DNA of 64,000 nucleotides from Trichoplax adhaerens (lineage: Eukaryota > Animalia > Placozoa), in assembly GCF_000150275.1 (NCBI RefSeq), contig NW_002060943.1, forward strand, positions 3,988,008 to 4,052,007. The letters run 5' to 3'. The translations under genes and the position numbers were made by a program. Each line of letters begins with the position of its first letter. Positions within the stretch are counted from its first letter, which is position 1. This document shows positions 13,758 through 28,444 of the stretch, piece after piece. Under the pieces are notes generated by a model, which was given only the letters and a program-made list of their open reading frames with translations, was not told where the DNA came from and searched no databases.

Positions 13758-16700
13758 ATGGCAGAATTAACCTGGGATGATTTCTTCCAGTTTGTATTGC
13801 AACACGCTATCCTGATCATAGTATCCATCCTTGCTGCCATAGCTCTAATCATCTTTGCCTTCCTAAACAAGCAATTGCATCTGATCGATCAATGGATCTA
13901 TAAGGTAGCTGTCCATCGTGATGGTCTGGTTGATGAATAGTGGGATGGAGGCTTATTTTTGATTTTTTGCATGGAGCCCTATCATACCCTACTGTCTAGT
14001 ACACGAGTAGTGATGGCAGTGCAATGCCATCATTACCATACCTACGATCATGTCACTATGAAGGTATTGTCGTGGGAGACCACCATTGGCTAGCAATGGA
14101 GTCGTTTCATGCTAGCATTTCTTTCCATCTTCTCCATCTTTGCTCTACAAATAACATAGACTGCAAAATGGCAGACAATCCCTAATGGACATCATGTTTA
14201 TAGCAGTAGGTTAAAAGGATACGATCGGTTGATGCGATGCTCGATTGTTCAACGCCATTTGTAGGAGATGATGCTCGCCAGGATGCACGATATGGAGTAT
14301 ATCATACTGTATATACCTTTGGCTGGCTTTAGGACTCTTGTCGATGTTTTGACAACGATTCCATGATAATTTGCATGGAGAGGATTGCTATTTCCACCTA
14401 TTTTCCAATCTCTACCACAGACGGGATGATGTTGCCATTTCATAGGACCTACTAGTACTATCCAACACGGATAGAAGCAAAGAAAGCATCCGAGAGTACT
14501 GTAGTACAACTCGTATTCTAGCCGACTAGCTTACTACCAACACCAACCAATGCGCTCGATCGTATCATTTTCTTTCTTTCTAGTTCAATCTTTTCCTTTT
14601 GCTAGACTTTTCTTACATCCTATCCATTAGCAACAAAGCTGTTAAGGTCGATAGGGAGACGATGATAAAGCCATGAGCTCAAATGATCTAGCAACTTTTT
14701 CATTTATCCGGTCATCACGGCGTAGACAAGCGCTTCAAGTCATTCATTGCTTCATTGATATAATGAAGCACATATTCGCTATTGGAAGTCGCGACACTAT
14801 CCATTTTGATGCGATTCCTTTGCCTTGGTGGTCATCATTGCATTAGCAAATGATCAAATTCCCAATCCCCTAATGTATAATGGAGACCATAGCATACGTA
14901 AAGATAGTAAATCAATTTTCAAACGCGGCTATTCGACGATGGAGCGTCCAAAATCGTGTCATGCATGATTGATTGCAACTGGATAGTAGTGCCGCTCATA
15001 CAATAAACAGAATGGATCGATGTTTGGAATGGGTGGATATCCTGCCGTTTCCAACTCATTTTTATTAGCATCACAAGTAGAATTTTACCCCGATAGTGGG
15101 AATGAAATCGTTATTTCACGACTGTACGTTCGAACAGAAAGGCTTACATAGCTCCAACGATACACAAAAAGCCGCATTTCTATCCATCATCGTCATACAA
15201 TTTCATTTTGCATCTGCTGATCGTATTGACGCAATAACAAGCTGTTTTGACAAATGTTTATTTTAATATTGTATTCCTTCATACTCTTGCTAGGCCTATT
15301 CTATTTCCTAGTATAAATCATGGCTTGCAACGATAGTATAAATAAGACGGGTACAATCGATAATGCATCGGTAGTCTACAGCTACATCTCCCTACCTGGT
15401 ATTTCTAAATTGAATAAATGCTCTTCCACTATACAGTAATATATCAACTCTTGCAACAGAAATTTTAACTGAACTTTGTCCTTTTAGTTGCCCCTGCTCC
15501 TTACTTCGATCCCCCAATTTTGGGGGCTTACATGTTGTTTTTTAGTGTTGTTGATAATTCAACCCATTCAGCATTTTCACTTGTTTTTCGATCCATTTTT
15601 GATGTTCTATGGCATTGGAAATTGCCATGATTCATATCCTCATTCTTATACCATAATCTAATTAGTGTTGTACAATATCCGATAATATTCTAAGCTAGGG
15701 CCTAATAGAATTGAGCTTATATTCCATGCTGTACTGTATATGACAGACCCGATCTTTTGATAGAGGGTCTCTAAATACGAATAATATCAATAAATAATGC
15801 ACACTACTGTTAAAGGAGTGAAATAAAATTTCTACATAACATTATTAGGGCTAGGGTTAGGATTAGGATTATTGATTATTACCGTAAGGGTTGGGGAAAA
15901 AATCTTGATATGGGAGACTGTATGCAAGAGTGCTTGTGTACTATAGCATGGACTACTAAATTTTGAACGTCAAAAATTGGAGTAGTCCGTCGCTGTGGTT
16001 GCTATACGTAGTGCCGCTGGATATGGTGCCGGATACATCAATCAGGAATGTAACCTAACAAATCAGAAGTTTAAAAGTGTTGTACACTCACTCCTACCTC
16101 CGGTTATGTGGAATATGCCTATGGAGATTGATTTCCATAATTCATCAAAGCTGTTGACCAATTTCATATTTCAAATCTTTCCTTTCGCGCGATTCTACTA
16201 TTTTGCAAGCTACGTCCTGTAATATATAACATCACTATGTACTGTGCTGTCCCTTCAACATTTCTTCATATCACAATAAATTAACTTATTTAGAAGCATC
16301 ATTGCATCCTTGATGGCCATGGTAGTGACAGACTCAGCGTACTATACGATTGAAAATAATAGCAAACAATTGCAATTTTAAGTTGCGCAATGATTACTAC
16401 ACTTGACTAATATAATCAAGCTGTAATTAACTGTGCAATATATTGATGTATACTACTTACGAGTATGTCCTGCACCAACGCACGCAGATTAACTCAACTC
16501 TCTCCGTTTTATTTTAAGAAATGGCAAAACTGAATTTTAATTTCTGCATTGCCTATAATGAATTACTTTACAGCCCATGTTAACTTTCTAATATGGTGTT
16601 ACGTCTAGGTTGATAAAAAATGCACTCGCAATGGTGGTGAATTGGTTGGAGAAGTGTTAAAGGTACGTTAAACTATATAAATGCGCCCTTGAGATTGCCT

Positions 16701-19700
16701 TTTGAATTAAATAGAACAAATAAATATAATTAAATCAAACAGATGTTATAACGCATTATGTAATCTCGTTAGTGACGAGTACTTGAATTACAATTCTTCC
16801 TTTGATATCAAAGCAAGCAGTACATAACCTAATGTTCTGCATGTACTTGAGATACTTCTAATCTGTTGTACTTGCTTGCATAGAAGAAACGATCATGTAG
16901 GAGGATATCGATGATAAACCTCATGACACTGGATAATGTGTAATCCTGTAGCAATTTTTACTTTGACATTATAGCAAATTCGCAAGTAATTGTAATTGCA
17001 ATAATATTAAGGAACGTACACATAAGAATGGATTAATGAAAATTACAAGTAGATACTACAGTAATATGGCGTATCCTTTCCTACAGTATTTCAGTGAGAG
17101 AAATCAATAAATTGTCCATCTAATTCTTTACAACTAGTTTTATCGCTTACTATCACTATTTTAATATATTGTTTTAAATTTAGCGTTAGCAGCGATAAAA
17201 CCCAATACAAGTATTACTTACTGTAGATTAATTCACGCAGCATGAAAGCTTTATATGATTTTATAAATAAAAGCTTATACAAATCGTTGTTACTACTCAC
17301 GCGCCGTTGCACTTTAAAGACTAACTAAGGATATATTTCATAACCGACACCTATTTCAATGATTCTTCATAAGGCACATGATATCAAGTTCGTATTTACG
17401 CTATGTGGTGGCCATATTTCACCCGTTCTTGTAGCTTGTGAACGTCTAGGGATAAGAGTGATCGATGTCCGCCATGAGGTTAGCTTTACTATGGAATTAA
17501 AGTAAATAGCGTTTGTATCGTTTTATAATTTTACAATCTCACCAATATCTTAAAAATGCCATGTTAATTAATTTTAACATACTGTACGCGTATAACTCTC
17601 ATCATGATGTCACAGGTTACGACAATCTATGCTGCTGATGCCGTTGCAAGAATGTCAGGTGTAGTTGGTGTTGGAATTGTAACTGCTGGACCAGGTTTGT
17701 CAAACAGGAGTTGGTTAGAGCTACGATAATGTATGAATAAGAACCCTAATTATCTGGCCAATACAAATATTTCATTTTGTATCTATTTTGCAATCGCTAT
17801 AGGTGTCACAAATACTATTACTGCTATAAAAAATGCTCAAATGGCAGAATCCCCTGTTTTACTCATAGGAGGTGCCGCAGCGACGTTACTTAAGGTAGCA
17901 CACAAAAGTATCATCGTTATCTGTTTGCAAAAAGTTAACGCTATGTAGGTGTGCTGTTGTAGATTGCGTAGCAAGACGATACTAACTTTATCAACCCATT
18001 ACACACAATAGGGTCGTGGATCTCTACAAGATATTGATCAAATGTCCTTGTTTAAGCCTCTCTGCAAATATACTGCTACCGTAGAAAAGTATTAACAATT
18101 TAATCGTCATCTTGGGAATTAATGACATGCATAACAATGTTAAAAGTTGTACAAAAGCAAAATTCTAACGTTGTATTTGTATTTACTGTAAAGAGTTCGT
18201 GAAATAGTACCAACGCTTAGGCGTGCAATTTATGAAGCTGCCTCAGGAATACCAGGTACAAATCTCATGTACAAAATGAACTCATAAATTGGTTACTGAT
18301 CAGAATACAACTAGCACTATTTTTATATTCTCAATCGTGTGTCGTTAAATGCAATTAATTTCTCTTCTGAAGGCCCCGTCTTCGTAGAATTACCGATTGA
18401 TATTTTATACTCCTATCCGTCGGTATCGACTGAGTTTGTTGGAAAGGTTAACGCATTGATTTATTTTGCATTACAAACTTTTATCTTGTCAACTATAAAT
18501 GTAGTAGATATTTGAGAAAGTTAACAAAAATTTTTCTCATTTATCCAATATTGTAGAGTTCGGATAACGGATTGCTTGCGAGATTACTTCGTTGGTCAGA
18601 TTCAAATTTACCTGCATTTGATAATAACGAAACATATGCATAAAAAGTAATCATGTAATAATTAAACTATATAGGTATCTTTTAAACCATGTAAATGGTT
18701 TATTCGCTGGGGCCTTTACTCAACGAAACTGCGAACCCATTCCTCCAAAGATTACAATGCCTTCCAACCGTCAAAGTATTGATTTGAATATAATACGAAG
18801 CGATCATTCTTACTAACAAGCGGAATATATCTAACCTTGTAATATTTGCCTAATATTTGGTTCATGTTTTCTTTAGTACAATCAGCAGTAGAGATTGTGT
18901 CTCGCGCAAAGAAACCGGTCATATTATTAGGTAGTCAAACAACTTTACCTCCAGTTCCCGCGAATGATGTTAAAACCGCTCTAGAAGTAATTATTCTAAC
19001 GACATTGTAATCACTGCTAACTATATTCATACAATATTTTACTAATTAATCATGTAAAGTAAAGCATTTGCGTTGTCCTTTCAAATAGTCATTGGGGATC
19101 CCTTGCTTTCTTGGCGGTATGTCTCGCGGCTTATTAGGACGAAAAAATCCCATTCATATACGACAGCAGAGACGTCAAGCTGTTCATGAAGCGGATGTTG
19201 TTATTTTAGCTGGTAATTTCCCTAAGAAATGTATTATAGTCACCATAGATGACGACAATACTCTTCAATAATTATGCAGTATAATCACCACCAAGATATG
19301 ATAGATAGCAACATATTCATACTAAAGACCCCCAAATATAGTTGCTTTACTATGTGCATTTTATCTTTTCAAAAAATAGGAGCTGTATGTGACTTTCGAT
19401 TAAATTATGGTAGAATACTTAATAAAAAATCCAAGATAATAGCTGTCAATCGTAACATAGAACTCCTTTACTTGGTATTAAACTCGCTTATTGTTATTAG
19501 TCCCAAATTAATATGGAAAAATAATACTAATTAACTATTATTGATTTTGCTCTAAAAGAATTCGCCTGCGTTTTGGTCACCTACTGTGGGTATAGAAGGT
19601 CAGCCCTAAACGGATTACTAATATGACGTATGTTATATTGGGTAACATCAGTTGATTGAATAACCGCTATAAATATTATTTGCAATAGGTGATGTTGGTA

Positions 19701-20670
19701 CCTTTGTCTTGAAATTATGTGATCGCTTGAAAGGTTATAAATGTCCATCGGATTGGCTTGAAACCCTGAGGCAACGTGATGCAGAAAAAGAAAACAAAAA
19801 CTTAGAAATGGCAAAACAACCAACTACTCAACACCTGAATCCTATAAAAGTCCTATACCAATTAGAAGAGTGCTTAGATGATAATAGCATATTAGTTGCT
19901 GATGGAGGCGACTTTGTTGGTACTGCTGCATATGTGTTACGGTAATTTTTTAACGCACAATTTTTTTATCATCAATCACGCGATTGAATGAGTTCGCTTA
20001 ATGTTTGTTCGTTTATTTAAAGACCTCGTGGACCTCTAACATGGTTAGATCCCGGCCCATTCGGTACCTTAGGCGTCGGTGGCGGTTTCGCGTTGGGAGC
20101 TAAGCTTTGTCGACCTGATGCAGAAGTTTGGATAATATATGGTGATGGCTCTTCAGCTTATAGTATTGCAGAGTTCGATACTTGTTATAGACATAAGGTA
20201 AGAAGATGATATCCTGAATAAAAAACTTTATACTTACAACCTAGTTTACAATATCGCAAAGACTTAAGTAACGTTGAAATGACTAGGCCCCTGTGTTAGC
20301 AATCATCGGCAATGATGCAGCCTGGTCACAAATCAAGAGAGACCAAGTACCACTACTTGGTAGTGGTGTTGCGTGCGACTTGCTTGTAAGTTTTCAGTAA
20401 TAATCGCATCGTATATTACATCACAGTAGCGTATGATTCAGTTTACATTTTATTTACTAACGATATCCTATGCAAATCTTTCAGTTTTCGGATTATCATA
20501 CGATAGCAAAGGGCTACGGAGGCGTTGGATTTAGAATTGATAGTTCTAATGGCGATGAAGCCATTTCTATAATCAAGCAAGCTCAGGCTGCTGCTAAGGA
20601 AGGAAAACCGGCTGTTTTGAATGTCCTTGTTGGTCGTACTAAATTTCGTGAAGGATCAATCTCTATTTAA
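13758..20670 (+). CDS. ILVBL: Acetolactate synthase-like protein / 2-hydroxyacyl-CoA lyase 2 (TPP-dependent)
   Basis: Exon 1 (13758-13904) encodes an N-terminal TM anchor ending WIYK, spliced across a 2.7-kb intron to [18 protein letters not shown] (16609). Later exons give [49 protein letters not shown], the GDG...GND TPP motif and C-terminal FREGSISI. Confidence 0.93.
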
Positions 20671-23378
20671 GTTGTACTGTAGGGACACTATCAATTGATT
20701 TCGCTAACCAACTCTATGTATTTCTGTTTCTTATTGTTTTGATTGCAATTTTAGCTCCTTAAATTATGTTAGCGATTTCCGATAAAGCACTAGAAAATAT
20801 ATCTGCGTTTAGCCTTGTGACTTTTGGTGATAATAATATCGCTATCATGTATTATAGCCCTCGATGATAATTGTTCAGCATAGATCAGTTGTTACATTTT
20901 ATATTCCTATTATTTGTAGCCATGCAATAGTTTATTTTGTACTACAACAGGGTAACGTCAATACAGGTCATATTCCGTATACAATGCTGAAACACAGTTT
21001 CATCATAATATCAATCTACAGTACTCGTAATTTGACTTTAAGGTATCGATTTTAGAGGATAGGCCGGATTATGATATGCAAGTCAGGAATATATTCGTTC
21101 AAAGTTAATCAATACGAAATTGATGCGTATTTATATAGAACAATAATAAATACATCACTCAATACTAATTGCAAAAATTTCGAGAATGTATATCGATTTC
21201 CTGTTCTTTTCTATCAATGATGATATAATTTATAGTTTGTCGTTTCGAAGTGCATCAGTTTAGGCTAAATTATAATTTCTTGTAATGGCTTGTAAAACAA
21301 TTGCTATGATGAATGATTGTATTGCTCCTAATAAGCGCCTGTCTATCAAGAATTAGAAGCTAATAAATATCCTTTTGTATATGCATTACCAGTATAAAAA
21401 AAATATATGGTATCTGTTCAAGCATTGTGTTAAAGTAACAACGACTTCATACGGCAATTATTCTGGTATCAACGCCTGTTGACGTAAGTATTAGCTAATA
21501 TCGATAAGTGACATGATACGCACGCAGACGACTTGAATTTCCTGTACGTTATTTATTACCATCTAGAGCTTAATGCGATACTTCGCAATCATAACTATTT
21601 GCTGTTGTGTCGATTTAACTAACTACAGTACATGCTCAACTTTATTGAGCTGTTTAAAAAAGTTAAATTGGAATGAACGATATGGCAAATAATTTAAAGA
21701 TTCAGCAGTAAATTACTATAAAGCTGATGCAAATTACCACTATTCTTTGATAACATATTTAAAGCTTTCCAGAAACTCAAAGACCTTAAGTATGACTGCA
21801 ATTTTAAATTCGTTATCTATTTATATGATGAATATTTACCCTTTAGTCAGACACTTAACTGAGGAACATTACTAGCTAAATTATTATCGTGATTAAAGTC
21901 TTCATCACTGGTGGGGAAGTTACTAGTAATACTTATTATAATTATTATCAAATCGGTAATACTATAAGTCGCATAGATCATGTCTCCAGGTGTTAAATTG
22001 CTGTATTATACAAGTATAAATATCCGATGAGATTATATGACTCAATCGCATTAAATACCATTTAAGTATAATTAGGAAATAACACTTTGTCGTCTACTGC
22101 TATCAATCGTTCTTTAAAAGTTATTAGTACCTCTTGCAGGTTGAGAGAAATCCGAAATACATCGCACATCTGCTCTCTCTACTAAAACACATGCAGTAAT
22201 CTTATAATTATATACTTAAGTTTACTATATCAGTCAATACTATTTAAGAAATAATTCGTTATTAGATTTGATCTACTTCAGCTATTTTGAAGAGTCGAAG
22301 TATTATACAACAACAATGCTTATCATTAACGTTGTAAGCTTTATAATTTTAAAAATTGTATCATAAATAAGTTTAATAAGAAATAGACATAACATATGCT
22401 ATAAAATGATATTTATGAATTATAATATACGCGTATATATCTGATATTTTTAAGCGCAGTTGTTCTACATAAATGAAAATTCTTTTGCATCTCGGATTGG
22501 TGTAGTAGTACCATATATCCGGAATTGATAAATCATACCGTTATCTATTATAGATAGCAATCAGTACGAATAGTTATGTACACGTTAGTAATACGAATAG
22601 TCATAGCTATACTCTCATAATGCAATAGATATGCTTAATAAAATAAGAATTTATGCGCTGTCCTTGTTCATGACATATCTAATGTATAGAATATAATAAT
22701 ATGATGTCACAAAAACGTTGCAAACATCGGTTAAAAAAATATAACCCGGTTAAAAGATCATATCGTACGGATAGATATGTTTTTTAAAAAGCTAACTATT
22801 ATACTTATAGCCTGTGATATTTTCCAATAGAGTATATCCAATTGATGATATCGTTTACATTCCTAACTTATTGGAATATGATCACTTGTCTTGCGAAGCC
22901 ATACACTTATAGTTATCTAAGCCTAAGTAATGTTTAACGAGGATAAAATATGTATATATACTGTATAGCAATTTAAGTTATAGATCAATACTGTATATCA
23001 AAGATAAAGTATACAAAACGAAGTTTACAGATAATACTTCATTCAAAAGCGATATACTAATGATATCTAATATGGTAATAACAAAATAAATATCAAATTA
23101 ATTGAAAAATATGATAAAATGGATATAGTCATAGTCCTCCTATTATCAAAGCAAACTTTAACGCTTCAAGCTTAGCGATAGATAATTAATTGGAAAATAA
23201 TGCGTTTTCATCAAAGCTATGGCTTGTAAAATCAACATTGCTCATTATTAATTTTATTTCAAAGCAAAATTGTTAGACTTATGCTTTTATAGATATACAG
23301 TCAACATCGTTATCAAATAACAAATTGTATTCCAAAGTAATGAATAAATTGCCACCTGAATCCTAGACGACTTAGTCA

Positions 23379-26300
23379 TCAAGAAAAGGTTTGCGATCTT
23401 CTTACGTATTTCTTCATATATAGAAATATTAAAAATAGTTTTAGGATCTTGAAAAGAAAGAAACGTTACGGTAATCTATTTTAATATTTACCCTGGAGTT
23501 CGCTACTTTAGTATTCGTCAGATAACTACGAGATAGAGTGGGAACAAAACTACCAGGTACGAAGCTTAAATAACTCAAACGTTCAATTGTTGGAGTTGCC
23601 CTATACACATACTCATTTACAATCTGATCACTACCACCAAACGAAGGCTAGAGAAATAAGAAAGACATGACGTAAGTACAAATGCGACTAATATATAATT
23701 TCCAGAATCAACGAATCAACTATATTTTCTCTAACCAATGCTAGGACCATTTCATGCAATTCCTTCATCTTTTTTGCTAATTGTTTATTAGACCATATAT
23801 AGCATGCAACAGCTATATTAACAGCTTCGACGACCTTGCTAGTAAAACGGGGTAATTCTTCCAGTAGGTGAGATTTGAGAGCGTTATAATCGGCTTCTGC
23901 TGTTTCGAGTTGGGCTTTGATCTGATCATTTATTATAGTAATTTCTTAATTAGGAATGAATTTCTGAAGTGTTGAAAATTCTTTAAGATTTTTGTAACTA
24001 GAACATAGACGTACCGTTTTCAGCTTATCAGCATCCTTAGTCTTTTCTATTTTCGGTAAAAGATTGTCAAAATCTAACTTTTTATCAGCGCATTTCTTAA
24101 TCAATTTCTGCGGATTGCTAAACTGAGCCAATATTTCGTTTAAGGTATGAATGACTCTTTTTTTTATATATGAAACCTTATTAATAGAATACAGAAATAA
24201 CTGCATTTTAGTTTCAGTAAATATAGACCAATTTTATTACAATTCTAAAAGATCCACTTACATTCTCTGGGGATAGCACATCAGAGAATTCTTTTAAAGC
24301 GGCTATTAGCTGCTTATATAAGGATGATTCAATATCACCTTCATATAAGTTGCTTATAGTCTTACAAAATGAATTGCAAGCTTCAGAGCTTTCCTACAAC
24401 ATTGCGCAATGATTAAAGGTAAATGATTCTTGATAGATTGGCAATACTTTTTCTTTAACGATGAATTACCTTCATTCGCGACAGATAACTTTTAATAGAT
24501 CGCACAAATCTTCTTATATAATTTTCCAATTCTTTGAGTATTCTAACTTCTTCATTATACACACCATCATTGGTCTAATCATAGTAAATTTAAATTTGTT
24601 ACTTTTTCAGTGCAACGGTCGTCTAAGATTAAAGGGTAACATAATAGACCCTGCAAGGTGGGCCTAAACGTCAATCGTATGGCGTTTAACATATCTCCCG
24701 TTACTTCTAAAATGCTATGTGCTAATAAAGCTTTACTGACTTTGTTATTGCAGTATAGTATGCTACAAAATGGATCTTACCTGATAAACAAGTCCAGTTT
24801 TCTGGATCATTCTCATTCCAACACGAACAGCTTTCTTCCTTATAGAATGCGGAAGTTTGCTATATGAACCGTATTCAATCCCAGTTCCACTCTGATACTT
24901 TTGAACTATAAATAATAATATCAACAGTAAAATAAGTACCCCAAAGTTACCTTTATCACGCGTAGTTTTATAACTACAAGCAACCTAATTCCTTCTGCCT
25001 TTTCTTCTCGTTAATTTTCTTAGCCACTGATTTAATAGTTTGCAGGGAAATTCCCAAAACTTCTTTATCTGCACCTTCATTTTCAGGCAACGTCTACAAA
25101 ATACACGGTATTTGTAATACATAAGCATAAATAAGGCGAATTTATACATTTAATCAACTAATTCTATGTTTATGATAAATATGAAATATGACAATTGAAA
25201 TATTTCATTACTTGAATCAGCTCGCCAACCAAGAGAGGATATTTTAACACTCTTTGAACAGGTTTTATCAATAACGATTCCAAGCTCAGACAGTTTACGT
25301 ATTGCCTAAGTATTAATATTACATAAGACGCATCAGCGTACATACTAATTAAGTTAGTTAATATAAATCATGATACGCACAACTGTATAATACCTTGCAT
25401 TATCCAATAATTCATCGAAATGTTTCGATAAATCTTCATCCTCCATATACTGTAAAATCATCAATCAGTTAGATAATTCCTAAAACGATTTTATATAGTT
25501 GAAGTTTACTTACTTTTTCTAAAATACCAATAGAATCAGGGTAATTTTTGCAGTACCGCGAATAAACATCTCCCATTCTCTCAGCATGTGCAATAAAGCA
25601 ATGCGCTGAAAGTAAAAAAATATCCACAGTGAAAACAGTTGTAGTACTGGCATAACAGCAGCGAAAATTAATTACAGCGTTTTATTTTACCTATATTATT
25701 ATCGATATTGGCAGAAGCTTGCGCATCTTTAAGCCCGGCGAATAATTCTTCTGCAAACTCGATTACGTCGTCAAGATTGTTAAATAACACCACATAATTA
25801 ACTTCTTTTAGAGATTTTGCCTTCAATGGCTCAAATACTTCATTCAGCAATATTTTTATGTCACGGAGAAATGATTCTTCAGTAGATATTAGTTCATCAA
25901 CGACTTTTCCATGCTTCTTTAATTTCGCTTCCCTAAGTTCAGCTTCTTCTTTCTTTAACTTATCTAGTTTCTCTACAAATATAATGATAAGTACAGTTTA
26001 AACGTAAGTATTATTCGATTTTGATATCCATAGAAAGCCATGAGCATTACCATGTTGCTCTCCAAGTTTGTTATATAAATCTGTCAATTGATCATAGGTA
26101 TTCCGAACTTCGATTGCAGTAGCATCTGAGTTATCACCATCCTGACATATGCTACAGAGTTGTTCATATTTTTCATTTGTAATCTAATGGAAGGGATTAA
26201 AATAGTGCTTAAGTTATGGGGATCGGCAACAAAGTTCCACGATAATAAATGAAAGTAGGCTCCTATCATAATTAATAAGAATGATACCGCAACAATAATT

Positions 26301-28444
26301 TGAATTTCATCTCTAAGTTACGTACATCGTACTCCTTTTCTAGGTGACTTATTTTATCTAAAACACTATCGATAGTTTCGCATTCTGTTTCTTCTTCTGC
26401 ATTGCTATCTATAATATTAGGAATGATTATAGTGTCAAGAGTAAGTGTTTAATCTGGATTTAGTAGCCAATTTCACCGTAAACCATATAGAAAGCTTACC
26501 ATCCATTATGGATTCTATATTTACATCTTCATAAATATTCTCAAAACTGTCAGATTTGATCTCTTCATGAGAGTTATAAATAAAATCATATGCATCAACA
26601 AAGGAATCATCGGAGCTATCGTTATTGCCGTAATCCATGTCGAAGCTTTCATATACATGATCTTCATTATCCGTTTTCATATGAGAAGTAGATTTTACAT
26701 CTGTGGTATGTGCAACAGTCATGTTGGAATTGTCAACAGAAGGTACGAAATAAGCCGAATCCGAGGACACCTTAGCATTGTCCTCGGTATATTTTTCAGA
26801 CGAAATTTCCTCAGGGATTTCCTCAAGGACTTTGCCAACTGTCAAAAAAATATGCAAAGAATAAGCCACTGATTAATTTATTGTTCTTTATTCGTCAAAG
26901 ACATATAAGAATCATGTATTAAAAAGGATCGTACCTTGCAAAGACTCGTTATCACTATCCACAATAGTTTCCAATTGTTGGTTACTAGCTACAGTAGAAT
27001 TTCTGGAACCCATTATAGAAGCCTGGCTCGAACGACTGAAAGCACTCCTAGCTGCGGATGATGCTGACAACGTGGTGTTCATGGAAAGACCAGAACTTAT
27101 AATATCGATTTTACCTGCAGGATCAACTTCAGCAATAGAAGTTGTTGCAATGGTATGTGATCTAAATCTTTCAGCTTGAATCATAGGAACCCTTTCCTTC
27201 TTTTTAGGTTTACTTGCACCAATGTTACCACTTTCCCAACTTTGCCATAAAGAAGCTAAGCTATCAGATCCTTCTTTAGTAGTGTTAATATCATTTGCAC
27301 GAGCTTCAGATTCTGAGCTCTTCCGATCTACATTTTGATGGTCATCATGATCTGATTTAGACAGGATATTTTGTGAAGAGCTTTGTGTCGGCACCCTAGA
27401 ATTTGCTGGACTGCTGTCTTGATGGGTTTGTAAATTGGTTGCAACCGTATCATTGTCTTCACTAAGATTAGTACTTAAATTTTGATTATCTTGCTTAATG
27501 CCATGATTGAATGATTGAGATTTGGACACTTTTGAATCTAGTTTGAGTAACTGAGAAGATGTAATCTTTGGTTTTGGTTTCAGAGGTGGTGGAGTACGAG
27601 GTTTACCGTCTTCATACAATGTTCCTGAAAGACCAATTACACTACTTGATTTACTCCTTGGTTCAGGAATAGGTGGTGCATGTCGCTTAACTTTATTAGT
27701 GCTTTCAGTATTTAGTGTTGATGCAGTTGCAGAAGACTGGATCGATATGCTCGTAGAGCCCTCCGTAATAACGGATGTAGTTGATGCTAGTTGTTGATGA
27801 GGTGTCGGTACAGGAGGAGCGAATTGCTTTTTGACTCTACTTTCACTGTAGGATTTATTTAAACGTTTATTTTGCAATAGGATGGGATCGATCTTGGGTT
27901 TGGGTGAAATAGGAGGTTTCTTGACTTTTAATTGAGGACTACTAGTCGATTCTGTGGCATGTGGTAAGCTGGAGTCTTTGGTTTGTACATTGGTGTCATC
28001 ATTATTGTCCACCTTAGATATAGTCGGTGTTGAAGGTGTGATAGTGTAATCGTTATTATTGTAAGAATCGTCATGGTAATCAGTTGTAGCAGTAGGTTGT
28101 TGAAAGCTTTCAGCTACAAACGATGAAGGAAATATACCATGACGTCCATCCATTTCGCCTCGATACCAATTCTCGTCGATCTGTTCCGTAACAGTAATGA
28201 CATCCCCTCGTGTGAAGGGTAAATCGCCACCAACATCGCCACGGAAATCATCAGTAGCAATAAATTGGGAGGATATTTCTCGAGTGAAACTAACAGGGAA
28301 AATTCCAATGTTTTCACCTAATTTGCCTTTCCACCAATTACTATCTACCTCTTCTAGTATACATATCAAATCACCACATTTAAATGGCAGATCACCTTCA
28401 TGTTCACCTTGAAATTCAGTAACAGCTTTAAGCAATGAAGACAT
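23379..28444 (-). CDS. Tuba/DNMBP-like Rho GEF: 2 SH3 + Pro-rich linker + DH + BAR
   Basis: Two N-terminal SH3 domains (WWKG..GIFP; WYRG..GIFP), DH motifs VVDELISTEESFLRDI and KPVQRVLKYPLL, BAR-like NPQKLIKKCADKKLDFD and DYNALKSHLLEELP. Putative stop at 23379; 3' end uncertain. Confidence 0.82.
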
